A program made the position numbers and the translations under genes. The notes under the pieces are model-generated. The model was not told the origin of the DNA. It saw only the letters and a list, made by a program, of their open reading frames with translations, and ran no database searches. This document shows, in pieces, positions 29,509 to 38,663 of a stretch of DNA of 64,000 nt. The DNA comes from a virus: IMG/VR virus record IMGVR_UViG_3300032235_000437, positions 16,447 through 80,446 of that record; one strand, 5' to 3'. Position 1 is the stretch's first letter, and each line of letters starts with the position of its first letter.

Positions 29509-30144
29509 TTAAGAAATTAGAGCTAGTACAGTCTCTATAGTATTGCCAGTATTTGAACCGGCAGAAGTAGAAGCACGTACAGTTACAACTGGGATACCAG
29601 CTCCACCGCCAGGTGCGAAGTAAGCGTTAGCTCCAGCATTCATAGCACTCCAGTTTACGCCTACGTTAGCATTTGCTACGATAGCTTGGTCAACTGCAGA
29701 TGCGTCACAATAAGTCAGCTCAACCTGACGAGTTGTTGTTGCAAAAGCTAGAGTTGCTTGATGACGAACAGCATGTTCAGCATTAGCAAAAGTACAGTTT
29801 CTAAAATGTAGTGGTGTAGATGCCCCGCCTAGTTTAGTAACGCAGGAAGAATTAGAGATAGTTACAGCGTTAGCACCTCTAAATGTAATATTTTCAAATG
29901 AGAGAGTTCCAGTTGATGTATTAGCAACAGTCATGTCACCGTTAACAACAATCTCTGCGCGATCTCCAACTCCTACTAGGGCTACGTTATTCCACACAAC
30001 GTTTGTTGGTGCTGTATACGTACCAGGAAATAAGAGAATTGTGTTATCACCCTGTGCTAGAACGTCGTTTGAAATTGCTGTTAGAGAAGGAAAGTTTGCT
30101 GAACCATCTGAACCAACTCGGTAAGTATTCTTACTAGTAGTCAT
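29509..30144 (-). CDS. Putative beta-helix (pectin lyase-like) protein
   Basis: F.SL.A.....GDNTILLFPGTY cap, FENITF and FRNCTF rungs; strong AAGGAG RBS. Confidence 0.6.
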   Translation of the reverse strand: MTTSKNTYRVGSDGSANFPSLTAISNDVLAQGDNTILLFPGTYTAPTNVVWNNVALVGVGDRAEIVVNGDMTVANTSTGTLSFENITFRGANAVTISNSSCVTKLGGASTPLHFRNCTFANAEHAVRHQATLAFATTTRQVELTYCDASAVDQAIVANANVGVNWSAMNAGANAYFAPGGGAGIPVVTVRASTSAGSNTGNTIETVLALIS

Positions 30145-30217
30145 TAGTGTCTCCTTTTTTATTAATCAATTAATGATTTAACTTAGTTTGACAAAATTTA
30201 GTACGATTGTCAAAAAA

Positions 30218-30421
30218 TTATTTTTTGGTTTTATTCTTAGGTACGCCAGCCGTACTTAGAGCTATTGCTACTGCTTGACGACGTTGTGCTTCTTTGGCGC
30301 TTATACCTAATTTTTTAGACAGAGTTTTGACACCCTTGCTGCGAGTTTTACCTGGCTTATTCATAAGCTCAGATATATTCGCAGATATAGTTTTCTCAGA
30401 GGAACCGCGCTTAAGAGGCAT
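30218..30421 (-). CDS. Small basic conserved phage protein
   Basis: MPLKRGSS.K.IS.NI.E...QAVAIALS.AG pattern common in phages. Confidence 0.7.
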   Translation of the reverse strand: MPLKRGSSEKTISANISELMNKPGKTRSKGVKTLSKKLGISAKEAQRRQAVAIALSTAGVPKNKTKK

Positions 30422-30746
30422 CTCGCATCATCCTTGCTGATGGCGGTAACATATCATCCTCAACTTCAACTTCTTCAGGAGAAGCGGCGCCATTAGTATC
30501 TACTTCTTCACTATCTTCAGTCTCTGTTTCAGACTCATGCTCTTCGTCTTCTTCAAAACCTTGATAAACAGCGTAGTCACGTAGTGAGTTGATATATGCA
30601 TAGCAAATAGCTAGTTTGTTAGTCCACCAAGTAGGTAGTTCTCTTTCAGTCTCTGGTAAGCTTGTTAGTATAGTTTCTGCATCTTCTACTATAGATCTAC
30701 ATAGTGATAGAGATGAGACAACATCTTTATGTCCTGACTTTTTCAT
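30411..30746 (-). CDS. Hypothetical phage protein with acidic tail
   Basis: GH.DV.S, LP.WW.NKLA...Y....RDY; AAGGAG RBS. Confidence 0.7.
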   Translation of the reverse strand: MKKSGHKDVVSSLSLCRSIVEDAETILTSLPETERELPTWWTNKLAICYAYINSLRDYAVYQGFEEDEEHESETETEDSEEVDTNGAASPEEVEVEDDMLPPSARMMRDAS

Positions 30747-30771
30747 GAAATCTCCTTTATTGTGTATACTC

Positions 30772-30800
30772 AGTATAATAAAAAATATTTATATAGGCAA
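30772..30800 (-). promoter_or_regulatory. Sigma70-type promoter for the small-gene operon
   Basis: On - strand TTGCCT-17-TATACT. Confidence 0.75.
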
Positions 30801-30814
30801 ATACTCTTTTAAAA

Positions 30815-31252
30815 TTAAGTATATTGATAAGCTATAAAAAATCTGCTAGTACCGTTATTTATATTTGTACTTATTACAGGTGCTTTATAGATAGGTAGAT
30901 GACCTAAAAATGTTATAGCAGGATGATCAAATAGGCATCTTAGATATATTATACCGCCAGGCTTAATAACTCTCAGTACTTCACTTACTTGAGTTTTACA
31001 GATGTCTTTATCATCTGAAAAAACACCAAAACATAGTACTTTATCAAAAGTATTATCGTCAAAAGGTAGATTACTTATATCAGAATTAATATCAGCATAG
31101 GTAGATTCTAAATCAACGCCAATTATATCAGAGTTAATAATTTTATATAGGTTCTCACCACAACCAGCGTCTAGTATTTTGCCAGACAACAGTTCAGGAA
31201 TTAGTAGTCTACCAGTTTCAGGGTATCTATTTAATCTTCTAAGTATATCCAT
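30815..31252 (-). CDS. Class I SAM-dependent methyltransferase (Methyltransf_11-like)
   Basis: ILDAGCG, GVD, LPFDDNTFD.V, EV.RVIKPGG. Confidence 0.88.
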   Translation of the reverse strand: MDILRRLNRYPETGRLLIPELLSGKILDAGCGENLYKIINSDIIGVDLESTYADINSDISNLPFDDNTFDKVLCFGVFSDDKDICKTQVSEVLRVIKPGGIIYLRCLFDHPAITFLGHLPIYKAPVISTNINNGTSRFFIAYQYT

Positions 31253-31955
31253 TATTAAACCACTCTAAAACCTTTATGTAATCATCTTGAACATCTACAG
31301 AGATACTGTCTGATATTTCTTGATATGTGCCTATGTTTATACCTGCTACTAAAGCTCGCAGTAGCTCTACACCTTCTACTAACTCTAAGGTAGTAACTGT
31401 ATGCGTATAAAACCGTCTAAGTGCTGACCTAGTAAAGCTAATTATACATAGTTGTTTTTTTAAAGGTATACTACCTCTAAAATTACTGGGACAGCTGCTT
31501 CGTGTTAGATAAAGAAGCCTATTTAGTTCTTCTACTACTTTTACTCTGTTTATATCGTCATACTCAAGTAATTGATACGGCATAACAATATCTGTATTCA
31601 ACAGTTTAGTATTATATATGAGTCTGGTTATTACTGCAGGATCAAGCATAGGCTCATCGCCTTGAATATCTACAATGATGCAGTCTTCTGGTAAGTTTAG
31701 TGATTCAGCAGCTTCTGCTATTCTATCAGTACCGTTTAAATGGCTTCCAGTCTTAACAGTAGATATACCGTAGTTGGTACATACTTCTATTATTCTATCA
31801 GAATCAGTACAAACATATACGGCATCTAACTCTGCACACTTTAAAGCTTGTTGCGCCACTTTTACTATCATAGGTACTTCGCCTATTGGTAGTAGCAACT
31901 TTTCTTTTAGCCTAGTGCTTTCAAGTCTTGCCGGTATTAAGCCATAGATCTGCAT
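31239..31955 (-). CDS. kdsB: CMP-Kdo synthetase (3-deoxy-manno-octulosonate cytidylyltransferase)-like
   Basis: IPARLESTRL..K.L, TD, H.NGTDRIAEA, QGDEP, VKVV, LE..E..E.LRAL, SVD...D: full KdsB motif set. Confidence 0.88.
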   Translation of the reverse strand: MQIYGLIPARLESTRLKEKLLLPIGEVPMIVKVAQQALKCAELDAVYVCTDSDRIIEVCTNYGISTVKTGSHLNGTDRIAEAAESLNLPEDCIIVDIQGDEPMLDPAVITRLIYNTKLLNTDIVMPYQLLEYDDINRVKVVEELNRLLYLTRSSCPSNFRGSIPLKKQLCIISFTRSALRRFYTHTVTTLELVEGVELLRALVAGINIGTYQEISDSISVDVQDDYIKVLEWFNNGYT

Positions 31956-32739
31956 ATTGTTTTCCCATTAGATTACCTTTTACACTACAGTTTTTGCAAG
32001 AGCTATTAACAGCTCTATTGCCGCGAATTAGCTCTATACGAGTATTAGTAAATTCTTCACCTATCCACACATCACTTATATCATTTATAAGTATATTACC
32101 GAATATTTTTGATTTTTTCCAGTCATTACTACATAGCAGTACATCACCAGTAGTATCTATTACAACTCTATATGATGGAAAATAACAAGGATTTGCTACA
32201 CTTTGTTCCCATAACAATCCGCCTCTATTGTTAAAACCATACTGCTCAAAGTTATCTTCTCCGTTATCGTAATGATCACGTACATGAATGTTAGTAGAAG
32301 CTAGTTTTTGAATTTCTGGATTATTATCATAATCATTAACAATTAACCTAGTTAAGCCAGCAGTAAATAGCTGAGAAGTAGTAAATTTTTTAGATAATAT
32401 AGAGTCACCATTAGTAATTAACTCAACATCAAATACTGATAGTATTTTTATGATTTCTAATATCTTAGGGTGTAGTGTAGGCTCACTGAACCCGCTTAAT
32501 ATGATATAACCCTTAAAAGAGTGACTAACTAATTGTGAAACTAATGTTTGTATAGTATCTATGCTAATATGTTTATTTACATTAGGATATAGACTAGCAC
32601 TATGTCTTGGACAAAAACTACAAGTTCTGTTGCATAATTCTGTAAGATTTATATCTACGGCAGCTAATCCTGGAAGCTTATCATTTCTAATATTACCTAA
32701 AGTTTTTGTTCTAAAGGCTAAGTGTTGTTCTAAGTTCAT
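31921..32739 (-). CDS. Radical SAM enzyme with C-terminal SPASM/Twitch-type domain
   Basis: CNRTCSFC (CxxxCxxC), SEPTLHP, TNG, NRGG, PC..P...GDV.LC, GNI, C..C. Confidence 0.9.
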   Translation of the reverse strand: MNLEQHLAFRTKTLGNIRNDKLPGLAAVDINLTELCNRTCSFCPRHSASLYPNVNKHISIDTIQTLVSQLVSHSFKGYIILSGFSEPTLHPKILEIIKILSVFDVELITNGDSILSKKFTTSQLFTAGLTRLIVNDYDNNPEIQKLASTNIHVRDHYDNGEDNFEQYGFNNRGGLLWEQSVANPCYFPSYRVVIDTTGDVLLCSNDWKKSKIFGNILINDISDVWIGEEFTNTRIELIRGNRAVNSSCKNCSVKGNLMGKQYADLWLNTGKT

Positions 32740-33608
32740 AATAACTCTTTATTAATTAACGCCATTCTGTAAGTATTATCTACTTTTCTATAACCAAACT
32801 TATCAGTTAGTTTATTGCTTTGTTTAAAAAGCACAAAGTTACCGACGCTTGGTTCAGTGTTATAGTTAGATTCTAAGTACATCTTAGTCTTAAGCATACG
32901 TCTTACTACTGCTGGAGTATCACCAATAAGCTCGCTAACTAGAGTAGGAGCTAAAGAATTGCATACAAAGTTAGATCTATATTCTTGTAGCTTAGCAGTT
33001 ATAGCTACGGAAGCAAAGCAGAATCCAACGCGTAACCCAGCTAGTCCTAAGCTTTTACTAAGTGTTTTAACAATTATAACGTTATCAGGTATGTTGTGAA
33101 GCATAGAGTGCTGAGGATAAAAATCTGCGTAAGATTCATCAATTATACATAACTTATAGCGTTTACTTATTTCAGTTAATTCTAAGCTATAACCATATAG
33201 ACCGCTAGGATTAGCTATATACAGCACTTCATTCGTATCGTTATGTAAACAATCTACAGAGACTGTCCTATACTTCTTTGAATATAGCGTAGCGTATATC
33301 TCCATCATTTCAAAAGTAGGAGTTACTATGCTGATATGCTTAAAAGATAGCGCCTTAAATATGCGCTCTAGTATCTCTGTGGCACCGTACCCTACAGTAG
33401 TACAGCTAATAGGCTTATTATAGTAGTCGCATATAGCTGTGTATAGCGTAAAAGTGTCTGGATAGCTGCTAATGTTAACTGTACTGGCTAATTGCTTAGC
33501 TTTATCTACTATGTACATATCGTAATGAACATTTTTTGCTAAATCTATAGCAGCATTATTCTGCGGAGCTAAGCCTGGACGTGATACTTGTATTTCTAAG
33601 TTTATCAT
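32736..33608 (-). CDS. PLP-dependent aminotransferase class I/II (HisC/CobD-like)
   Basis: YPD, G.GA.E, ANP, IDESY, KTLSKSLGLAGLRVG, S.GNF. Confidence 0.88.
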   Translation of the reverse strand: MINLEIQVSRPGLAPQNNAAIDLAKNVHYDMYIVDKAKQLASTVNISSYPDTFTLYTAICDYYNKPISCTTVGYGATEILERIFKALSFKHISIVTPTFEMMEIYATLYSKKYRTVSVDCLHNDTNEVLYIANPSGLYGYSLELTEISKRYKLCIIDESYADFYPQHSMLHNIPDNVIIVKTLSKSLGLAGLRVGFCFASVAITAKLQEYRSNFVCNSLAPTLVSELIGDTPAVVRRMLKTKMYLESNYNTEPSVGNFVLFKQSNKLTDKFGYRKVDNTYRMALINKELL

Positions 33609-34215
33609 ATAGTATTATATCTCGTTCGTAATAAGAATTTACAAGCTGTTTAGTGCTAGCCGTATAAAAATAATCTATTAAATCTTTTGTAGCTGCGTTA
33701 GAAGAGCTATTTACACACTCTAAGCTACCAAGTGTCTTGTTGAAGTACTTAATGTATAGAACTTGCAACTCTTCAAACAGTGAATCGTATAAAAGCAACG
33801 TAGTGCTAGGTGCTATAAAATCTGATTGTAACAAATTCTGCCATCTATGGTCGTTAATAGTACCTCCACCTTCATATACTAAGTTACTAAATGTGCTAAC
33901 AGATAACTTATGTAACCCTTGCCTGCATCTATATAAGTATAAACTTAATAACCGCTCAACAGGGTTTCTTATCACACAAAAACTATTACAATATTCAGGC
34001 ACAAACCCTAAATTAACTGCTTCGCTCATAGTTATATGAGCTAAACTAGGGTCTGTGCTGCAATTACGTGTCAAAAAATTGTTTTTATATGTAGTATAGG
34101 TTATAACATCTGAATCTGTAGTTAAATCAGACTCAAGTAAGATTTTAGAGACTGCCGTACTAGCGTTTTTAGGTATTTTTATGAATGCTAGATTATAGCT
34201 ACTTAAGTATATCAT
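33556..34215 (-). CDS. Sulfotransferase family 2-like
   Basis: FIKIPKNAST (5'-PSB) and RNP.ERL.SLY (3'-PB) motifs, YY..D. Confidence 0.8.
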   Translation of the reverse strand: MIYLSSYNLAFIKIPKNASTAVSKILLESDLTTDSDVITYTTYKNNFLTRNCSTDPSLAHITMSEAVNLGFVPEYCNSFCVIRNPVERLLSLYLYRCRQGLHKLSVSTFSNLVYEGGGTINDHRWQNLLQSDFIAPSTTLLLYDSLFEELQVLYIKYFNKTLGSLECVNSSSNAATKDLIDYFYTASTKQLVNSYYERDIILYDKLRNTSITSRLSSAE

Positions 34216-34775
34216 TCTGGTACGTAGTTAGTCCCATTTGGGTGACGAGTTAGCCAATGATTAACTGTAATCCTATAACTTCCAGTACTTTCAAAGCTGT
34301 GCCAAGTGATGCCATCTATAGGAGCAAAGATTACAGTTCTATTTTCGCGCCAATCTGTAGTTTTAACATACGTTTTATCGCAATCGTACAGCAGTGTGCC
34401 TTTTGAACTACTTGGAGCTATGTATGTAACCGCAGATAACACCTTCCAAGGAGCCTCATCATGCAGTTTATACGAAAAATTACCTAAACATATACTAATA
34501 TCGTAAAAGCTATATAACGAACTATACTTTCTATGGTTAGGGAACAGTTTAAGCAAGCGTTCGTCTATGTTTGCAGATTCTGCAAAAGCGGCTGTAGCTG
34601 GAAATCTACTTTTAAAATCAGGTTCTTGACTTCTTATAATAGTATGATGTGTCAAGTTAGAGATATTGGCAGATACATACCTAGTTAGCTCTAGCTTACA
34701 AGCATTATATAGTGTAGCATGAAAATAATCATCTAATTCTAAATGAGGCCAAGGATTAGTTTGTAAAGTATTCAT
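34212..34775 (-). CDS. 2OG-Fe(II) oxygenase-like protein
   Basis: PWPH..D, HDE (HxD/E), Y..P....GT.LY, W..N...IF, TWH, R.T. Confidence 0.72.
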   Translation of the reverse strand: MNTLQTNPWPHLELDDYFHATLYNACKLELTRYVSANISNLTHHTIIRSQEPDFKSRFPATAAFAESANIDERLLKLFPNHRKYSSLYSFYDISICLGNFSYKLHDEAPWKVLSAVTYIAPSSSKGTLLYDCDKTYVKTTDWRENRTVIFAPIDGITWHSFESTGSYRITVNHWLTRHPNGTNYVPE

Positions 34776-35694
34776 CTATTGTACAGTTTCTATTAAAATA
34801 TTTATCAAAACGAGTGTATAAAATATCGTCAAAAGCAGTAGCCACATCTATAATAGCAGTATTATAAAACCAAGATAGATATTGATATATGTCTTGTTGC
34901 GGTAACTTACGGAATATTACAGAATCTAGATCAGTTACGCTATTACAAAGGTTAGCTATTAAACCATAAGAATAGTCTATGTCATTTCTAAAATAGCTAA
35001 CAGGCTTATCTTTAAGCAGCGCGTATAACCCAACGCCAGATTCAATAGATACTAGAGCGCTACAATGGTCTACTAGAGTATTTGTGTTAGCATCAACGCA
35101 CAATTCGCTATACTTAGACTTATTAGGAATCTTATCCCATTCCTCAAACGGATCAGAACAATCTGTGGGAAAAGGGTGTGCTTTAAATATAACTCTATGT
35201 TTATTACGCTCAGCCCAAGTATTCATATAAGCAACTAGATACTGTTCAGTTCTCATCTCATTTAAAACAACTAATACATAAGGCGTTTCAGGAACATAGC
35301 TATTAGCACTAAGTGCATACTTACTCCAGGATACACTATGTAAATAATCAATAGTACTGTAGTTGGTGTTATGAGTTAGCCAGTATGGTTTAATATCAAA
35401 GTGTCGTACCAATCGTTCTTCGGGAACCAGCTTAAAAAAACAAAATACTGGAGTTCCTTCGCCGTAACTTAAATAACGACCAACTCCAGTATTATAGTAA
35501 TATACTAACTGCCCCGTAAAACTAGCAGACATGTTTTGTACGCTAGACATAAAACATTTTATATGTTTAGCATTAATCCACTTTTCACGCTGATTATTAC
35601 GCTGAATACACCAATCATAGTGATTGACTGTGCGAGTTAAATCCAAAGGCAAAGCGATATCCTTCTGACCAAACGGTATGCCATAAAGGCGCAT
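34756..35694 (-). CDS. KpsS/KpsC-like capsule biosynthesis protein (GT107-like, divergent); start uncertain
   Basis: VIFKAHP and LVSIESGVGLYALLKDKPV...Y match the Capsule_synth pattern (K.HP; S.VG.EAL..KPV). Confidence 0.6.
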   Translation of the reverse strand: MRLYGIPFGQKDIALPLDLTRTVNHYDWCIQRNNQREKWINAKHIKCFMSSVQNMSASFTGQLVYYYNTGVGRYLSYGEGTPVFCFFKLVPEERLVRHFDIKPYWLTHNTNYSTIDYLHSVSWSKYALSANSYVPETPYVLVVLNEMRTEQYLVAYMNTWAERNKHRVIFKAHPFPTDCSDPFEEWDKIPNKSKYSELCVDANTNTLVDHCSALVSIESGVGLYALLKDKPVSYFRNDIDYSYGLIANLCNSVTDLDSVIFRKLPQQDIYQYLSWFYNTAIIDVATAFDDILYTRFDKYFNRNCTIDEYFTN

Positions 35695-36127
35695 TTTTAT
35701 CTATTTTAAAAGTTCTAGCTGTCCAACCAATGTCATCTTCGTCGTTATAAACTAGCCCATTTTCTACACTTCTATATCTAAATATGCTACGCTTCTTAGA
35801 GTATATATAGTATGTTCTCATACCTTCTAGATTAGAGTTAGTGTGCCAAGGCATACTAGAATTAGGGGCGTAACAAATAGCATTTGTGCAAGTGTGCGCG
35901 CCTAACAAAGCAGTAGCTTCGGTTAACCGGCTATCATCAAGAGAACATAAATGAACTATGTTAGCAGTAGATTTATGAGGAACGTCTGCTGAAGGTAGTG
36001 CAGTAGCTATAAAATCGTGATATTTAACATTACCAACATGCGGTAATGTACTACCTTGTACGTAATCAGAGATTATAGTCTGTAGTATCTCAGTAACTGA
36101 TAAATTAACTGTTATTTTCATTTTCAA
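35615..36127 (-). CDS. Cupin / 2OG-Fe(II) oxygenase-like phage protein
   Basis: Y.P...M.WHTN, S.FRY, D..GW, LWH.V....R..FGF. Confidence 0.6.
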   Translation of the reverse strand: MKMKITVNLSVTEILQTIISDYVQGSTLPHVGNVKYHDFIATALPSADVPHKSTANIVHLCSLDDSRLTEATALLGAHTCTNAICYAPNSSMPWHTNSNLEGMRTYYIYSKKRSIFRYRSVENGLVYNDEDDIGWTARTFKIDKNAPLWHTVWSEGYRFAFGFNSHSQSL

Positions 36128-36341
36128 TAGCTGCTAATATTGCATCAATTTCTTCTAGTGTTAAAGTTGGAGTAGGTGTAATAGTAGGAGTGTTATCTAT
36201 AAACGCTCCTTTCTCATATTTATCACCCACACTAACTGAACTATCAGCTAGCACGTAAGTGCTGTCAGGCGGAACGAAACTATTTGTGGCTATAATAACG
36301 TTAACTACTACGTTGTTTTTGATAATTGCATATGTTTTCAT
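36105..36341 (-). CDS. Small tail-fibre-associated protein
   Basis: YAII.N.VV.NVI...VG..Y..G.F pattern, usually found after Gly-rich fibre genes. Confidence 0.6.
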   Translation of the reverse strand: MKTYAIIKNNVVVNVIIATNSFVPPDSTYVLADSSVSVGDKYEKGAFIDNTPTITPTPTLTLEEIDAILAAIENENNS

Positions 36342-36342
36342 A

Positions 36343-37164
36343 TTAATAAAATACTACAACTGCTCCAGGTCTACCAGGACCTGCAGGACTACCACCAAAA
36401 GGAGAAGATGTGCCAGGTGTACCACCAGCACCAGCAGATACACTATCCGTTATGTTATATAAAGTCGCACCAGGGTAGCCATTACTAGGACTGTTAGAAA
36501 AAGTAACAGTTTGTAAAACAGGAGTTACTGTATCTAGTACTCCGTACGCATTTGCGTCTACAAAATCTATAACAGATGAGTAAAGAGTTGATTGCCCGTT
36601 TAAAAAATTTCCAGTACTGCTAGTACCTGGATTGCCCGGAGCGCCAGCACCAGCACCCTGAAAAGTAGGAGCGGCAGAGCCATTAGTACCGCCGGTAGCT
36701 ACAATACCAAAAAAAGAGCTAGTACCAGTAACACCGCCAACTACAGCAGGCATACTATTACCAGAAACTAAGGGTATAAAGCTAGAGCCAGCACCTCCAC
36801 GACCTCCAGCACCTCCCGCATTTGAATACGGAGTATCACCACCTATTGAGAATCCAGAGCCTCCTGAACCTCCACCACCTATAACAACAACTAGACCCTT
36901 AGTAACACCTGGAGGCACAGTCCAAGAACTAGTTGCGTTAATAAGCGCAAAATTAGTATATACATTATCGCCTTTTGTCAATCGAAAATTAGGATCTGTT
37001 GAGATGAATATACCGCTATCGCCATCAAAAGTAAGACCGGCTTTTATAGTAAGTAGTGAGCTAGCATCTGTAAGTTGATTAGGTAGTAGCCCTGAAGCTT
37101 GTGAGCGTGACAGGGTGTTACCGTCATTCATTTGTATACCGCTAGGATTTACACTTATAGGCAT
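36343..37164 (-). CDS. Glycine-rich tail fibre / adhesin protein
   Basis: WTVP.GVT...V.VIGGGGSGG, GGAGG and C-terminal GAVVVFY. Confidence 0.75.
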   Translation of the reverse strand: MPISVNPSGIQMNDGNTLSRSQASGLLPNQLTDASSLLTIKAGLTFDGDSGIFISTDPNFRLTKGDNVYTNFALINATSSWTVPPGVTKGLVVVIGGGGSGGSGFSIGGDTPYSNAGGAGGRGGAGSSFIPLVSGNSMPAVVGGVTGTSSFFGIVATGGTNGSAAPTFQGAGAGAPGNPGTSSTGNFLNGQSTLYSSVIDFVDANAYGVLDTVTPVLQTVTFSNSPSNGYPGATLYNITDSVSAGAGGTPGTSSPFGGSPAGPGRPGAVVVFY

Positions 37165-37523
37165 CAGAAATCCTCTGGGTTTAATCCTGCTGGCTTAACC
37201 AGTTTAAGTGCTTCTGGTGTTGCAGCAGCTTCAATACCAGGGTGAGCTGGCGCATCACGTAGTGCTTGCTTTTGTGCAACAATAGTTGCAGTATCTGCAC
37301 CTGTTTCTAGTGCTTTCATAAATTCCGCATCTAGAGCTTGTAGTTGTGGAGTTCGCGCGCGACGAATGCGCTCACGCCATAGGTTTCTAGCAGTTGGCAT
37401 GTGTACTGATATAACACCAGCTTCACTATCTGCAGCCCATGCATCTCTGAATAGTCGTTCTTCTGGTAGTACGTATAGAGAGGAATCATATAGACTACCA
37501 CCAATTTTAATTAATACTGACAT
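37164..37523 (-). CDS. Tail fibre assembly/chaperone-like protein
   Basis: FRDAW, R..R...L..LD..F..ALE, KQALRDAP. Confidence 0.65.
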   Translation of the reverse strand: MSVLIKIGGSLYDSSLYVLPEERLFRDAWAADSEAGVISVHMPTARNLWRERIRRARTPQLQALDAEFMKALETGADTATIVAQKQALRDAPAHPGIEAAATPEALKLVKPAGLNPEDF

Positions 37524-37533
37524 TATTATTCCT

Positions 37534-37911
37534 TTATCTCATTAACAATACGCATACATCTGCAGGATCTGCAGTGCTTTTACCTGTATTTGCATATATA
37601 GTATTTATACGTAAAAATGTGCTAGTTTTCCAGTTGGTTATAAGAACAGCGTTAGGACCTCCTACCCAAGCATGTTGGTTTACGTTGTCATAACCAGCAC
37701 TACCGCTATAAGTATAATTTATATCACCTATAGCTGTGCTAAAAGTAAGTGTTTGATCCCCAATAGCATTATCTGTTACTGAAGAAGTAAATCCACCATT
37801 AGCTCGTATAGTAGGAACTGTTGTTAGCGGTGTATAGTTTATATAAGCACGTAACACATATAATCCTATACCAGCAGTAGTCTGTAAATTATCAACTTTT
37901 AACGTACTCAT
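37534..37911 (-). CDS. Small tail fibre-domain protein (paralogue 1)
   Basis: MSTLKVDNLQ, RAYIN, SSVTDNAIGD..LTF; start corrected to ATG 37911. Confidence 0.65.
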   Translation of the reverse strand: MSTLKVDNLQTTAGIGLYVLRAYINYTPLTTVPTIRANGGFTSSVTDNAIGDQTLTFSTAIGDINYTYSGSAGYDNVNQHAWVGGPNAVLITNWKTSTFLRINTIYANTGKSTADPADVCVLLMR

Positions 37912-38279
37912 GCGCTCATTCTCCAAGCATTTCGCCATTCACGTGTCTCAGGGAATTGCCGTCTTTTACAAATTTTAAACCGTGGTTTATTAGCTGTTTT
38001 ATCGCCCCAAACGTGTTGAGGAATATCTTTTATAATCAAATACATAATAGCTTCTTCTTCTGTGAGCGGAGGCAACTTAGGAGTATTATATATAATATCA
38101 TAACGCTCATCTTCGCTTATCTCTTCTCGCAATTTAAAATGAGCACCTATCGGTAATAATTCACCGCCCTGCATAGCTTGATACATCCATTCTGGCGCAG
38201 GTATTAATACCTTAGCTGGTGCATCTGGTTCTAGAGGGTCTTCAAATAATACTACATACTCTGTTTCAAATCTTTTCAT
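37908..38279 (-). CDS. Conserved tail-region protein
   Basis: TEEEAI.YLI.KDIP..VW, P..R.WRNAW. Confidence 0.6.
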   Translation of the reverse strand: MKRFETEYVVLFEDPLEPDAPAKVLIPAPEWMYQAMQGGELLPIGAHFKLREEISEDERYDIIYNTPKLPPLTEEEAIMYLIIKDIPQHVWGDKTANKPRFKICKRRQFPETREWRNAWRMSA

Positions 38280-38662
38280 CTTAAATACCTATTATACGAT
38301 CCCATAACTCCAACATATAGTGGGTCTACATAAGCTGTTGTGTATGCTGCGAGTGTTACGCCAGATCCCACCCCAACAGCTCCTGGGTAGGCTACGTTAG
38401 CTAGCGAAGCGTTATTATCTCTTGCTATACACGAGCTACAAGCAATTTGCGTATTACTATTACTTAGGGTTTGCAAATCTACTAATACTCTATATCTACC
38501 TACAGAAATATCTATAATACTAGAAGTTGAGTATGAGTTCGCTATTACTGGAGTACCAGTTGATGCGTTAAAAGCACACCAAAGTTTATTTCCTTTGACT
38601 AAACCTTCAGTAAGGAAACTATTACTTTGAAAAATTAGATTAGAAACTAATAGCGTGCTCAT
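38276..38662 (-). CDS. Small tail fibre-domain protein (paralogue 2)
   Basis: MSTLLVSNL, K.W..FN, SSIIDISVGRY; start corrected to ATG 38662. Confidence 0.6.
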   Translation of the reverse strand: MSTLLVSNLIFQSNSFLTEGLVKGNKLWCAFNASTGTPVIANSYSTSSIIDISVGRYRVLVDLQTLSNSNTQIACSSCIARDNNASLANVAYPGAVGVGSGVTLAAYTTAYVDPLYVGVMGSYNRYLR

Positions 38663-38663
38663 A

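Noticed and set aside
32736-33608. Histidine or cobalamin biosynthesis role for the HisC/CobD-like gene
   Set aside because: No other pathway genes nearby; the context points to tailoring chemistry, so no gene symbol was assigned.
34212-34775. TET/JBP-type DNA base hydroxylase
   Set aside because: Only generic 2OG-Fe(II) motifs, and located in the late tail-linked cassette.
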